From Candidatus Marinacidobacterales bacterium (GTDB lineage: Bacteria; Acidobacteriota; Vicinamibacteria; Marinacidobacterales; SMYC01), in contig OZ250169.1 of the NCBI GenBank assembly GCA_965237955.1, positions 2,816,001 to 2,880,000 of the forward strand: a stretch of 64,000 bases of DNA, written 5' to 3'. Under the pieces are notes generated by a model. The model ran no database searches. It saw only the letters and a program-made list of their open reading frames with translations, and had not been told where the DNA came from. The position numbers were made by a program, and so were the translations under genes. Of the stretch, positions 1 through 10,678 are shown in pieces (the first letter of the stretch is position 1; every line of letters starts with the position of its first letter).

Positions 1-8
1 CATCGCCA

Positions 9-680
9 TCAGAAAACCTCGACGAGCTCGGGCGTTTTGCTTTCGAAACGATAGAGCATGGCGGGACGATGGCGTCTCCCCGTAGACTTCTCCCCCAACG
101 CGGTGACCAGACCGAGAGCCAGTATTTTTTTCCTGAAATTCCGTTTGTCGAGCGGTTTGTTCAACACCGTCTCGTAGGCGGTCTGTAGCTCGCTCAGTGT
201 GAATTTTTCCGGAAGCAGCGACCACATGCAATTGGTGTATTGGATTTTCGTGGCAATCCGCCTCTTGGCGTAGTCGAGAATCTCAGCGTGATCGTAGGCG
301 AGCTCTGCCGGGAGTCGCTCACAATCCCAGAATCGAACCGCGCGGTATTTGTCCGTGGTGGTGAGCTCGAGCCCCTCTCGAGGAATGAGCGACACGTAGG
401 CGACGGAAATCACCCGGCCGTCGGGATCGCGAGTCTTGTCGTCGAACGTATAGAGCTGCTCCAAGTAGACGTGGTGCACACCGGTCTGGCGTTCGAGGAT
501 GCGCGCCGCCGCGGCGTCGAGTGTCTCGCCGTCGGCCATGAGCCCGCCGGGAAGAGCCCAAACGTTGTCGAAAGGCTCTTTCATCATCTGAATCAGGAGC
601 ACGTCGAGGCGCCCGTCGATCACGGTGAAAATGCAGTTGTCGACGGCAACGCTGACTTCTTGTTTTTTGTTGATTCTCAT
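9..680 (-). CDS. nrtR: NrtR-family regulator (NUDIX domain + C-terminal winged helix)
   Basis: WALPGG..GETL..AA.R.L Nudix-like box, YLEQLYTF..RDP.GRVIS, and the C-terminal FTLSELQ.AYE..L...LDKRNFRKK...RPA.LY motif typical of NrtR. Confidence 0.85.
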   Translation of the reverse strand: MRINKKQEVSVAVDNCIFTVIDGRLDVLLIQMMKEPFDNVWALPGGLMADGETLDAAAARILERQTGVHHVYLEQLYTFDDKTRDPDGRVISVAYVSLIPREGLELTTTDKYRAVRFWDCERLPAELAYDHAEILDYAKRRIATKIQYTNCMWSLLPEKFTLSELQTAYETVLNKPLDKRNFRKKILALGLVTALGEKSTGRRHRPAMLYRFESKTPELVEVF

Positions 681-828
681 ACACTTAGAGTTAGTGTTAT
701 CTACACACGATCTATTCTAGTAGAACTCCTGCGAGAGAGTCAAGTGGGCGGAGAAGCCCGGATCCTTACAACCCCTCTCCCCCGTTGGGGGAGAGGGAAA
801 GTCGGTGCGGCTCGCTTCGCGAGCCGGT

Positions 829-2388
829 CTAAATTAGTCCAGCCGCGCCGGCAAACGACAGGATCTCCCCCGCTGACTGGAACCGGTCCCCCGGAGCTTT
901 CGCAAGGCAGAGCAAGACGAGCTCCTCGAGCTTTTCATCGATGTCGGTGCGCTTGGCTCGAAGCGGCGGCGGCGGTGTGTGGAGATGGTGCATGAGGAGG
1001 TTCCCCTCGGTAAAAGGTGTTCGGCCCACGAGAAGCTCGTAGAGCGTCGCTCCCAACGAGTAAACGTCGGAGCGCGCATCGGTCGGCCGTCCCTGGATCG
1101 CTTCCGGCGAAATGTATTTCGGAGTCCCCGACATCGAAAACGCCCATCTCTCCCCGTCTTGTTCCTCGTCGGCCGGCCGGGCGAGACCGAAATCGAGAAG
1201 CTTCACCCGATGATCGACGGTGAGCAGGACGTTCGACGGTTTCAGATCACGGTGAATGATCCCGCGGCTGTGAGCGTGGTCGAGGCCCTGGCACACGGAC
1301 ACCAACCAGTGGAGCGCTTCTGCAAGGTCGAGCCACGTCTGCTTGCGAAGGATCGCTTGATAGCTCTCACCTTCGATGAGCTCCATGCAAATGAACGCGT
1401 TGTCGCCGTCGAAACCGAGGTCGTACACGGTCACGATATTGGGATGATTCAACGCCGCCGCCGCACGAGCTTCGTTCAAGAGCTGGTCGCGCGCGTTTTT
1501 TTCTTTGGCGAAGGACTCCGCCAAAACTTTGTAGGCAACGGGCCGCTTGAGAAGATGGTCGTACGCCTTGTAGACGGAACCCATGCCGCCTTTTCCAAGC
1601 ATGCCGGTGATCTCGTAACGCGCTTTGTCTCGGTGCGTCGTGACAGGCTTCGCGCTTTTGATCGTCTTCGCGCGCGTTTTTTCGTCGTCGATCCTCTTTT
1701 GAAGCTTCTTATGGCGCATGCTCGCGCCGTGATAGTCGTAGCGCACCGCCATGACCCGATGAAGGATATCGGCCGCCTCTTCGTAGCGCCCCTCGGATTC
1801 TTCGGCCTTCGCCAGTTCGTTCCACAGTTCAACATTGTCGGCCGTGACCTCTTTGCCAGTGAGTACGGTGCGGAGCTTCTCGGAAGCGAGAGATGCCCAG
1901 CCGCGGCGCTCGAACGCCCGGGAGAGCTCGACGACCGCGACGACGTAGTTCGAATCCGTCGGTGGCACCTGTTGCAGGTATTCGACCATTTTGGTCTCGG
2001 AGTTTGCTTCGGCCGCCGATTTCGCCGCGTCGAAGAATCGCTTCGACTTCGCAAAGAGCAATCCTGCGAGCTCGAAGTCGCCTAACTCGAAGTAGAGCTC
2101 GGCCGCCTTTTCCTTCTCGCCCGCTTTGACGAACAACTCTGCGGCGCGACCTCGTACTTCGGCGCGCAGAGCGGTAGCGGCCGCTTCTGCGTACGCCCCG
2201 GCCTGTTCGTAGCACTCGGACGCTCGCTCCAACTCCCCCGCGGTGTCGAACACTTCGGCAGCGCGTAGCGGATCCCCACCCTTCAGGAACGCTTCGGCGG
2301 CCGCGACCGCGTCCCCTCTGGAGAGCTTTTCGTCCCCAAGCAAGTTCGCGGCCTCGCGTGCATCGCCGGCCTTTTCGTAGAGCTCGGC
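829..2388 (-). pseudogene. Ser/Thr protein kinase with TPR-like N-terminal repeats, 5'-truncated by IS5-family element
   Basis: GKGGMGSVY, VAYK, HRDLKPSN, DFG and GTPKYISPE Hanks-kinase motifs. The ORF runs into the IS5 inverted repeat at 2389, so the ORF-track start lies inside the IS. Confidence 0.85.
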
Positions 2389-3475
2389 TGCCTTGGTGCA
2401 CAACTCGCGATCTCGGTCCACAATTGTCCTGTACTCGCGGATACGAGGTTCCCCATGAGCATTTTCAAACGCACTCAGCGGAAGTATGTGAAGAAGGCCT
2501 ATCGCGTGAAGAATTGGCGTGAATATGAGGCGGGTCTACGCAACCGCGGGAGCCTGACCGTCTGGATCTCGCTCACCGCCGGCAAGCTTGTGAACTGGGA
2601 CGCGCCCCGGCCAAGGAGGAGGAAACCGGGCCGTCAACGCAAGTACTCGAACCACGCCATCGAGACGGCTGTCACCCTGGGCATGGTGTTTCATCTGTCA
2701 TCTAGGCAGAGCGAGGGATTGCTGCGGTCGTTGTTCGCTCTGATGAAGCTAGGCAATGATGTGCCCGATCACACCACGATCTCGAGGCGCAAGGCGAAGC
2801 TGGGTAAGGTCCCCTTCTACCAAGACAAGCAGAAGACGCCGTTGCACATCTTGATCGACAGCAGCGGTCTCGCTGTCCACGCCGGCCAGCTGCGCAGAGC
2901 ACCAAAGAGCAGGGACTATCGCAAGCTCCATCTGTGTGTCGACGAGCAGACTGGCGAAGTCGTTGCCGGCGAGCTGACGAGCAAAAGAGCCCGCGATTCA
3001 TCGCGGGTTGCATCGCTTGTCGGACAGATCGACAGTCCCATCTCATCGGCCAGAGCTGACACCGCATACGACGCCGGCGGTGTCTATGAGGCAATCGAGA
3101 ATCACAGCGCTCATCGCTCGCCGAGGGTGTTGATACCGCCGCGCAAGGGCGCCCTGCTCGCATCGGGGCCGGCGAGCAGCCGACAGCGCAATCGCAACAT
3201 TGCAGCACAAGCTCGGCTCGGCAAACGAAAGTGGCACACAGAATCGGGCTACAGCAAACGGAGCAAAGTCGAGACAACGTTCCATCGCTACAAGGCTATC
3301 GTGGGCTCAGCGATGCGAGCGAGAGGGTTGGCGGCACAGAGAGTCGAGGCAAGGATCGGGTGCAAGATTCTCAACACCATGACGGCGCTCGGGATGCCTG
3401 ATAGCGAGATGATCGGATGATGGGAGTCGGGGCCAAGCGAGCTCTCGGCCTCTATCGGAGTTGTGCACCAAGGCA
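2389..3475 (+). mobile_element. IS5-family (IS903-like) element, type 1
   Basis: Terminal inverted repeats TGCCTTGGTGCACAACTC (2389) and GAGTTGTGCACCAAGGCA (3475) enclose a transposase. No target-site duplication visible. Confidence 0.9.
2455..3420 (+). CDS. IS5-family transposase
   Basis: YRVKNWREYEAGLRNRGSLTVW, PDHTTISRR, IDSSGL, RKLHL, AD.AYD and SKVETTFHRYK motifs. Confidence 0.92.
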   Translation: MSIFKRTQRKYVKKAYRVKNWREYEAGLRNRGSLTVWISLTAGKLVNWDAPRPRRRKPGRQRKYSNHAIETAVTLGMVFHLSSRQSEGLLRSLFALMKLGNDVPDHTTISRRKAKLGKVPFYQDKQKTPLHILIDSSGLAVHAGQLRRAPKSRDYRKLHLCVDEQTGEVVAGELTSKRARDSSRVASLVGQIDSPISSARADTAYDAGGVYEAIENHSAHRSPRVLIPPRKGALLASGPASSRQRNRNIAAQARLGKRKWHTESGYSKRSKVETTFHRYKAIVGSAMRARGLAAQRVEARIGCKILNTMTALGMPDSEMIG

Positions 3476-3493
3476 CCCGCGTGCCCCATCCGG

Positions 3494-4021
3494 CTATTGG
3501 CCGACAGGGCTCATGAAGCCGCCGCTCACGGCGATCAGCACGAGCATGACACCCCACCCGGCCACGCACACCACCACCGCGCGCCATGTCGTCGTGAAAT
3601 CAAGCGCCTGCCGCACCGCCACCACCATCGCGACGAGCATCCAGATCGCTACCACCAGAAGAAGCAGGTCGCCGAGCAGCCCTGGCACGATGCCAAGCAC
3701 GCGCACCACGCCTGGGGCCGCCGCGAAGCCGGTGGTCCGGAGCAACTCCCCCACATCGGAGCGCGTCTGGGGCTGCGCGAAGACCTTGGTGCCGAGGACG
3801 TAGATCAGGACAGCCCAGATGAGCCAGCCGAGCAGCGCCCCCAGGGTGCCGACGATGAAGTCCGCGCCCTGGCCCCCCGCCAGGCCGATACCGCCGGCCA
3901 CGCTCGAGAGGACAACCACACCCATCGCCTGCGCGGTGGCTCTCGGATCCGCCTCGACCTCCTCGTAGATGTTTGGTTTCAGACGGGCAGCGCCAACGAC
4001 GCGTTCAGCAAAGGTATGCAT
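3494..4021 (-). CDS. Yip1-family membrane protein
   Basis: About 175 aa from ATG 4021; IYEEVEAD.AT.QA start, 4-5 hydrophobic segments, LLRTTGFA.APG and VAVRQALD motifs. Confidence 0.7.
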   Translation of the reverse strand: MHTFAERVVGAARLKPNIYEEVEADPRATAQAMGVVVLSSVAGGIGLAGGQGADFIVGTLGALLGWLIWAVLIYVLGTKVFAQPQTRSDVGELLRTTGFAAAPGVVRVLGIVPGLLGDLLLLVVAIWMLVAMVVAVRQALDFTTTWRAVVVCVAGWGVMLVLIAVSGGFMSPVGQ

Positions 4022-4083
4022 ACGCTTACAGAGTATGCCATGCCTCGTTGTGATCCGCATAAAAGAAGATCGCCTATCGATGG

Positions 4084-4165
4084 GCCCTTGGTCCGGTCGC
4101 AAACACAGGTACTGAGCTGCTGATTTATGGTCTATTTCAAAAGCGCCGAGTTTTGGCACAGGACG
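4084..4165 (+). repeat. Type A element end (solo)
   Basis: Matches the right end of 48919-50348 (...GCTGCTGATTTATGGTCTATTTCAAAA.CGCCGAGTTTTGGCACAGGACG). Confidence 0.85.
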
Positions 4166-4836
4166 GGGTGCCTGAATCTGAGGTCAGCGCGGCGCTCGCT
4201 GATTTCCCTATGAATGCTCTTTTGGTGTTTAACAAAGTAACTGGAGTAGGAAACAGACGTACTTTCTCGCCCACTCTCATGCCAGTTTCTGGGTTTGGAG
4301 ACAGCCTAAATCTGATTCGGACTAAGAGAACACCAACTCTTTACGCTGGCTTGTGCGCAAACTTGTCGTCGCTTTGCTTAGATTTTACGGCCCGCCAGAA
4401 AGTCGGTGGAGTGAACATTAACTTCTTTCACGTTCAGCAATTGCCAGTTCTAGGCCCGAACTTCTACACGGAGCCCCGCTTCGCCTTCCTTGTCCCCAAG
4501 GTTCTCGAACTCATCTACACCTCTCACACAATGGCTCCCTTTGCCCGCGATCTCGGCCATGGCGGCCCCCCATTCGCCTGGGATGAGGAACGACGCGCGT
4601 GCCTGCGCGCCGATCTCGACGCCTTCTACGCCCGCGCCTACGGTCTGATCCGCGACGAGCTGCGCTACATCCTCGACCCCGCCGACGTGAAGGGCCCCGA
4701 CTACCCGTCGGAAACCTTCCGCGTACTCAAGGAAAAGGAAATCCGCCAATACGGTGAATATCGCACGCGCCTCCTCGTCCTCGCCGCGTGGGACCGGATG
4801 GAGGCGAATGGCCAATTCACGGGACTTGGTTTGTGA
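4166..4836 (+). pseudogene. C-terminal fragment of a type IIG (Eco57I-like) restriction-modification protein
   Basis: LDFTARQKVGG, PPFAWDEERRA.LRADLDAFYARAYGL and ETFRVLKEKE..YGEYRTR C-terminus. Begins abruptly at a type A end. Confidence 0.8.
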
Positions 4837-5594
4837 TCGAAACGCCCCAAGGTTTCGTCGTCGCTGAGGAATGCCGAAAGGCCGCTTGGCAGAACGGCTA
4901 TCGCCGCCCGCTGGAAGAGGAGGCCGGCTGGGCACGATACGGCTCCACCACTGCGAAGGGGACCATCTACGTCTCCGCGACGGGGCCTTCCGGTCCCTGG
5001 TTCCTCGCTCTCGACCACACGGGCGTCGTCGAGGAACTGGAGCATCCACGCGCCGACATGCCCGGTCCCGGCCTTGCCCGCTATGCCTTCGCCAGGCTAA
5101 CCGAACTTTATGCGGTGCTGCCCAAGGTCTACGATCTTGGCGTAGCGTTGCCCGAGGCCCCGCTCGAAGACTTCCGCGCCGCAACCCGCGACCTGCCAAA
5201 GACCACCGAGGCAGAGCGCCTCGTCGTTCAGCGCATCGGCCAGGGCATCTTTCGCGACCGCCTGCTGACCTACTGGCAGGGCCGTTGCCCCTTGACCGGA
5301 ATCACGGACCGAGACCTGCTGCGTGCCTCGCACATCATTCCCTGGAAGGACTGCCCCGACGACGCCGAACGTCTGAACATTCACAACGGACTGCTTCTCT
5401 CAGCACTTTGGGATGCGGCCTTTGACAGGGGACTAATAACCTTCGATGACGACGGGAGACCAGAGTTCTCGCCTCCCCTGAGCGAGCCGGCACGAACCGA
5501 GCTGCATTGGCATCATCCCATTCCGTTGACAGAGAAGCACCAGAAACGGCTTGCATGGCATCGAGCGAATCATTTCAAGAAAGACCAGGGATGA
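4833..5594 (+). CDS. HNH endonuclease (HNH_2-like)
   Basis: GTG overlaps the upstream TGA; QRIGQ..FR..L..YW.GRC.LTG, LLRASHIIPW, NGLLLS..WDAAFD.GLITF. Confidence 0.85.
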   Translation: MIETPQGFVVAEECRKAAWQNGYRRPLEEEAGWARYGSTTAKGTIYVSATGPSGPWFLALDHTGVVEELEHPRADMPGPGLARYAFARLTELYAVLPKVYDLGVALPEAPLEDFRAATRDLPKTTEAERLVVQRIGQGIFRDRLLTYWQGRCPLTGITDRDLLRASHIIPWKDCPDDAERLNIHNGLLLSALWDAAFDRGLITFDDDGRPEFSPPLSEPARTELHWHHPIPLTEKHQKRLAWHRANHFKKDQG

Positions 5595-5855
5595 CATCAC
5601 GTTTCATTGAAGCGATGCCCGTGGTATGCCCCCAAAAACTGGCCCAAACACAGCTGAAGGAAGTCGCATAGACTGAAGCTCCAGTGGGGAGGGTCCAAGT
5701 GAAGAACCGTTTCTCCGAAGAGAAGTTCGTACCCAATCGGGTCGCACTGAGCATGAACGTCGTCAAGACCATCAAGCGCTCTTCTCGCGTGGAGAGGATC
5801 TCGTGAGGTTGATTTACATGGACGAGGCTGGTATCGGAAATCCTGCCGAGGAGCC

Positions 5856-6320
5856 CGTCCTGTCCAAAAACACAAACGAACTCAAGAGTGGCGCGCCGGG
5901 CCGTTTCGATCGCGTCGTGTCCAAAAATACAAACGCACTCTAAGACCCGCGCGACGGGCCATCGTCGAGTTCAGCTATCATTAATTATGGAGAGCGCCAC
6001 CATCAAGGACTTGGCAACGCGTTTGTGTTTTTCGTGACGACGGGCTCGTTCGCCTACGGCGTCAAAGAGTCCGTGAGTGTGGCCTGTGCCTTCTATTTAT
6101 TCATCCGCGCGCCCAGAACTTGATTAGCGTCGTGTCCAAAAATACAAACGAACTCAAGACCGGCTCGCCGGGACGTTTCGGAATAGACGTATCTACGCTT
6201 GATTGGCCAATGGGAGCTACCCTTGACACTGTTGGTCGTCGCAATCGCTGGTTGGCTCCAGCGTGACCAACAGGCCGCTATCGCGTCCTGTCCAAAAACA
6301 CAAACGAACTCAAGACCGGC
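5856..6320. repeat. Cluster of type B and C ends, including a ~130-bp type B MITE (5913-6042) and a type B transposase 5' remnant
   Basis: CGTC(C/G)TGTCCAAAAA(C/T)ACAAACG at 5856, 5913, 6128 and 6284; CCTGTGCCTTCTATTTATTCATCCG at 6083. Confidence 0.8.
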
Positions 6321-7552
6321 GAGTCTGCGCCGTTTCGATCGTCATCGACCCGTGGCGAGCCCCAGATCTGGGGCGTGTCGGAGGCGATGTCGGCGATTCG
6401 GGTTCCCCGTACGCGCAGGGAAAACACCGTTCAGCAACGAGGTGCCACGCTCCCGGGCGGAGACCTGGATCCAGGCCCGGGCCGCACATGGACCAGAACG
6501 TGCTAGCCGGCTACGCCACGGTAGCCCTGGCCTCGATTCTGGACCCCTCGGGCGGCCTCTTTTCCGCTGCCCGCAAGGTCCCCGGTCAGATGGCGCAAAC
6601 GTGGCACTCGAAAATCGGGATTAGAGACGAATGCCGAAAATGAGGCCCGTTCAGCCCTTCTAGCGCATCTCTGGTGCCACCTACCCTTGCAAAACCCCGC
6701 CAACCGCGCGGAAAATCTCATCCGTCTCTGCAGTGCCACAGTTTGCAAGACTGGGTGGCGGATGGTGCAGTCTCGAGCCATCCGGTCTCGGCAAAAGGTA
6801 TTTTGGCAATTTTGGGAGTCAGGATCGAATTTTGGCCGTGCGCGTGGTTGGGGCAATGTAGCGAAAACTCAGAGAAGCCCTGATGCCCACAGCGTTCTAT
6901 CCTGTTTTGTTACAGTGACTTAACGGAAGCCACCACGTGCTGGTCCCCGCACATCTCATCGGCGGGTGCTCGTTCCGAGCCGGAATCGAATTTGCTTCAA
7001 TCAAATTTCTTGTACGGCAATCTCAACCTCCTGGACGCTTGAAAGAGGGCCGTGTCGTAAACCCTCCGGAGGCGGCTCCGACCGTTACTCATTGTCGCAA
7101 AAGGCTTTACGTCTCATCAGCGAATGTTCGTCGACGGGAACATCTTTCCGGCTATCGCAGTCAGGAGGCTCGAGTGGAGCTTCCGATTCTTGGCTGGAAA
7201 CGATCAGAAACAGAGCAAAACAGGCCATTAACGTGCAATTTGGGGCGATTTTGGGGCTTATCGGGACGTTTTTCCACTTAATCGCGCAGACAATGAGAAG
7301 ACGCTCTACGCCTAGATCGCGCCTGAGGAGAGGACGAATAGCGGAATTCGAATTGGCCAAACCTCGAATTCATCCAGTGGAGTTTTACGGAGGAAACGAA
7401 GATGACTCCGCAGACGGTCCAGTACAAGGAGCTATCCGAGTCTGGAAACCATGACAGGGAATTTGGGCCAGTTTGAGGCTGATTGGTGGAGGCCAGTGTC
7501 GGAGAGCAGCTTGCTGCTAACCGAGGCCATTCACGAAGTGGGCGCTGGAGGC

Positions 7553-9214
7553 TCACAGCGTTTTGACGAGCACTCGCTGTTTCTCCCAATCGTCGGGAAG
7601 CGGATGATGCAAGAGGTAGCTCGAGGTCAGCCCAACGGGCTGGCGGCCTTCGACAATGGCGCGGACGATGTCGGGAGCCAGGAAGGCATAACGGATTGCC
7701 TTGCGCACGCGGTCCGTTGGGATGGCGTTTTCGGTGGCAATCTGCTCATAGGTTTTGCCTGCTTTGATTCGGTCGAGCCAGGAGAGGGCGTTTCTGATAT
7801 TGCGCAGGAGTGTGCGGTCGACGGATTTCGTGGGGTTGCCCAGAACGAGCTTGGTCTCGACGCCGCGTCGACGCAAGCGGAACGGTGCGAGGATGCGGAG
7901 TGCATCCTCGCGAATGCGGTCAGGTCCCATAGACAGGCAATCAGCGAACGCATTGCGGTCGAGCAGGATGGACACAGAGCCGGGGCTGATATCGACCTGC
8001 CGGATAAGACGGAGCAGGGGGGCTGCCGAGGCACTATCATCATTAGTATCGGAACACAGCCCGTCTAAAAAGCGACGCACCGAGGCGAGCTCTTGCATCG
8101 TCGGAGTGTGGATCAACGAGGCCGAGAAGGTCGTGACATCCACATGCTGTCGGATGAGATGCACGACGGTCTGTTCCAGCATCGGGGCGGGCAGTCGCCA
8201 GCCGGAGAGGTCCTTTTGACCACTGTGCTGGATGAGGCGCCGGGAGACGTAGTAGCGGAGCCGTTGCCCGTTTTTCTTTTTGGTGTGGCTCGGCGTCAGC
8301 CGGTCGCCGGTCTCGTCGAAGAGCTTGCCTGCCAGTGGGGAACGGGCTGCACGGCCCTTCGTCGTGCGTCTCCTTGGTTTGGCAGCCCCTGCCTGCAGCT
8401 GCGTTTGGACCGCGTCCCAGAGCTCCGGAGCAATGATCGATGGATGCTGGCCCTCGTAGACACACCTCTGGTGCCGGATGCGGCCGGCGTAGAGAGGATT
8501 GGTCAGCAGGCAGTGGAGGTGTCCGCGACGGAACGGCAGCCCGCCCGTTCGGGTTCCATCCGCGGTGAAGCGTTGCTTGGTACGCAGTCTCAGACGGTCC
8601 GCCTCGGCCTTCACCTGCCGGAGCGTTTCGTGCTTTCGGTACAGCGCATAGAGCGTCCGGACCGTTTCGGCCTCAGCCTCGTTGATGCGCAGCGTGCGCC
8701 CGTCCTTCTCATAGCCGAGCGGTACGCGGCCGCCCATCCATAGTCCCTTGCGCTTGGAGGCAGCGACCTTATCGCGGATCCGCTCGGCCGTGACCTCGCG
8801 TTCGAATTGTGCGAAGGACAGCAGCATATGCAGCGTCAGTCGTCCCATGCTGGTCGCGGTGTTGAAGGACTGAGTCACCGAGACGAAAACCGCGCCGGCC
8901 GCCTCGAGCCGCTCGACGAGCTTTGCAAAGTCGGAGAGGGAACGGGTCAGCCGGTCGACCTTGTAGACCACAATCTGGTCGACGAGACCTGCGTCGATGT
9001 CGGCGAGCAAGCGCTGCAGGCCCGGGCGCTCCAGGGTTCCTCCCGAGAGCCCCGCGTCCTCGTAGACGGTTGGCAGCAGCACCCAGCCCTCCGCTTTCTG
9101 GCTCGCGACATACGCGGCGCAGGCTTCTCGCTGCGCATCGAGGGAGTTGAACTCCTGTTCGAGACCCTCTTCCGCACTCTTTCGCGTATAGATGGCACAG
9201 CGGATCTTCTTCAT
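7553..9214 (-). CDS. Large serine recombinase (resolvase + recombinase domains), copy 1
   Basis: RCAIYTRKS catalytic Ser motif, SGGTLERPGLQRLL, VYKVDRLTRS, FAQFEREV. Probable ATG at 9214, just after the DUF2924 stop. Confidence 0.92.
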   Translation of the reverse strand: MKKIRCAIYTRKSAEEGLEQEFNSLDAQREACAAYVASQKAEGWVLLPTVYEDAGLSGGTLERPGLQRLLADIDAGLVDQIVVYKVDRLTRSLSDFAKLVERLEAAGAVFVSVTQSFNTATSMGRLTLHMLLSFAQFEREVTAERIRDKVAASKRKGLWMGGRVPLGYEKDGRTLRINEAEAETVRTLYALYRKHETLRQVKAEADRLRLRTKQRFTADGTRTGGLPFRRGHLHCLLTNPLYAGRIRHQRCVYEGQHPSIIAPELWDAVQTQLQAGAAKPRRRTTKGRAARSPLAGKLFDETGDRLTPSHTKKKNGQRLRYYVSRRLIQHSGQKDLSGWRLPAPMLEQTVVHLIRQHVDVTTFSASLIHTPTMQELASVRRFLDGLCSDTNDDSASAAPLLRLIRQVDISPGSVSILLDRNAFADCLSMGPDRIREDALRILAPFRLRRRGVETKLVLGNPTKSVDRTLLRNIRNALSWLDRIKAGKTYEQIATENAIPTDRVRKAIRYAFLAPDIVRAIVEGRQPVGLTSSYLLHHPLPDDWEKQRVLVKTL

Positions 9215-9215
9215 G

Positions 9216-9647
9216 TTAGGCCTTGCGCTTGGGCGTGAGACCGAAAAAGCGTGGTCCTGACCAGTGGGTGCCGGTGATTCGCTTTGCGATGGTAGTGAGG
9301 GACGGATAGGTTTTGCCATCGAACCGATAGCCGTTGTCGATTACCTCGACCTGGTAGGTCCGGCCATTCCACTCGCGGACGAGATGGGTGCCGGCAGAAA
9401 CGGACCCTGCGGGAGCGCCGGAGCTTGGTGTCTCGTTCGCCATGGCAGCCAGAGCGCGCCGGGTTGCGGCCGAAAGCCCGCCATGGGTCCGGCACTGGCG
9501 TTCGTGCAAGAGAACGCGGCGCAGGAAAACACGCGAGAGCGAGCTTGGAGGAGCAGCCCCAAAGGTCTGCTCCCAGACCCGCCGTAAGCTGGCGAAGTCC
9601 AAACCGTCCAAAACGACGTTCCGGCCAACCCCTGTATCCTGCGGCAT
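9216..9647 (-). CDS. DUF2924-domain protein, copy 1
   Basis: GT.LVREWNG..YQV.V...GY.FDG..Y.SL..IA..ITG..WSGPRFFGL signature, directly upstream of the serine recombinase. Confidence 0.88.
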   Translation of the reverse strand: MPQDTGVGRNVVLDGLDFASLRRVWEQTFGAAPPSSLSRVFLRRVLLHERQCRTHGGLSAATRRALAAMANETPSSGAPAGSVSAGTHLVREWNGRTYQVEVIDNGYRFDGKTYPSLTTIAKRITGTHWSGPRFFGLTPKRKA

Positions 9648-9818
9648 CACCGAACGTTCGCTCTTGTGCTCGATAAAGTCCAGTCTAATGAGGGACTTCC
9701 GGGTGCGAAGTTCACTGCCCGTAGCTCGCCACGCAGCCCAAGGGTCGGCGGATTCCAAGGGCGTCTAAGCTGCTGATTTGTGGTCTATTTCAAGAGGGGC
9801 GAGTTTTGGCACAGGACG

Positions 9819-9970
9819 GGGTCCATTGGTACAACACGCAACGACTCTTGGAGCCGATCGGAAATGTCTCCCCCGTCGAGTACGAGATGAACTACTATCG
9901 GTCGCAGGAAGGCTCGCTAGAGATGGCGAGACTCAACTAAAACAGTCTCCAGAAAACCCGGGGCGGTTCA
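9819..9970 (+). mobile_element. IS3-family 3' remnant
   Basis: HWYNTQRL.EPIGN.SPVEYE C-terminus and right end ...AAAACCCGGGGCGGTTCA; same sequence at 38262-38480 and 50349-50646. Confidence 0.8.
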
Positions 9971-9971
9971 G

Positions 9972-10678
9972 TTAGGGGGCAAGGTCAGTACCGTTCGAAC
10001 CATGCAGTCGGGACAGTATTTGACCCATCAGATTGTTGATCGTCTGATACCTTTCGGCCGGTGCGGCAAGAATTTCCCCTTCGGACTGAACGTACTTTGA
10101 CGGCAGCAGCTCTCCTCGACAGTGCTCGACAAGCTGACGGGCCGCTTCGGGTGTGGTTTCCAGATGAAACTGAAGCCCCAGCACACGGTTTCCAAACTGG
10201 AACGCCTGGTTTTCACAGGCTTCGCCCCTGGCCAGCAATCGCGCACCATGCGGCAAATCGAACGTCTCGCCGTGCCAGTGGAACACATCCAATAGAGGAC
10301 GGCAAGCCGAACTCGTTCTCCGCGGACGCCGCGTAGACGGGGAACCAGCCAATCTCCTTCGCGGGGTTCGGATAAACCTTCGCACCCATAGCGCTGGCAA
10401 TCAGCTGGGCCCCGAGACACACGCCCAGAACCGGCTTTCCCGTCTGGATGCAATCGCGAATGAAATGTTTTTCGTCCACCAGCCAGGGATGCTTGGTCTC
10501 ATCGTTCACGCTCATGGGGCCGCCCATCACGATCACGAAGTCGACATCCCGGGCCGCAGGCAGATCGGTTGATTCGAAGAACGGCGTGTGTGTTAGCTCA
10601 TATCGAGCTGACCGGAGCCATGACTTCAATGCTGCCGAGTCCTTCGAATGGAACGTGCTGCAAGTAATGAGCTCTCAT
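9972..10678 (-). pseudogene. Class I glutamine amidotransferase (GuaA-like), two frameshifts
   Basis: MRAHYLQHVPFEG start, [26 protein letters not shown] and GLQFHLE motifs spread over three frames. Could be sequencing indels. Confidence 0.8.

Noticed and set aside
4084-4165. Integron attC cassette array explaining the gene-plus-repeat pattern
   Set aside because: The repeats are terminal repeats of a DDE element, occur in both orientations and cut genes internally; there is no tyrosine integrase.
6937-7454. ORFs in the recombinase tail
   Set aside because: No recognisable motifs and overlapping frames; shared only because the DNA is recently duplicated.
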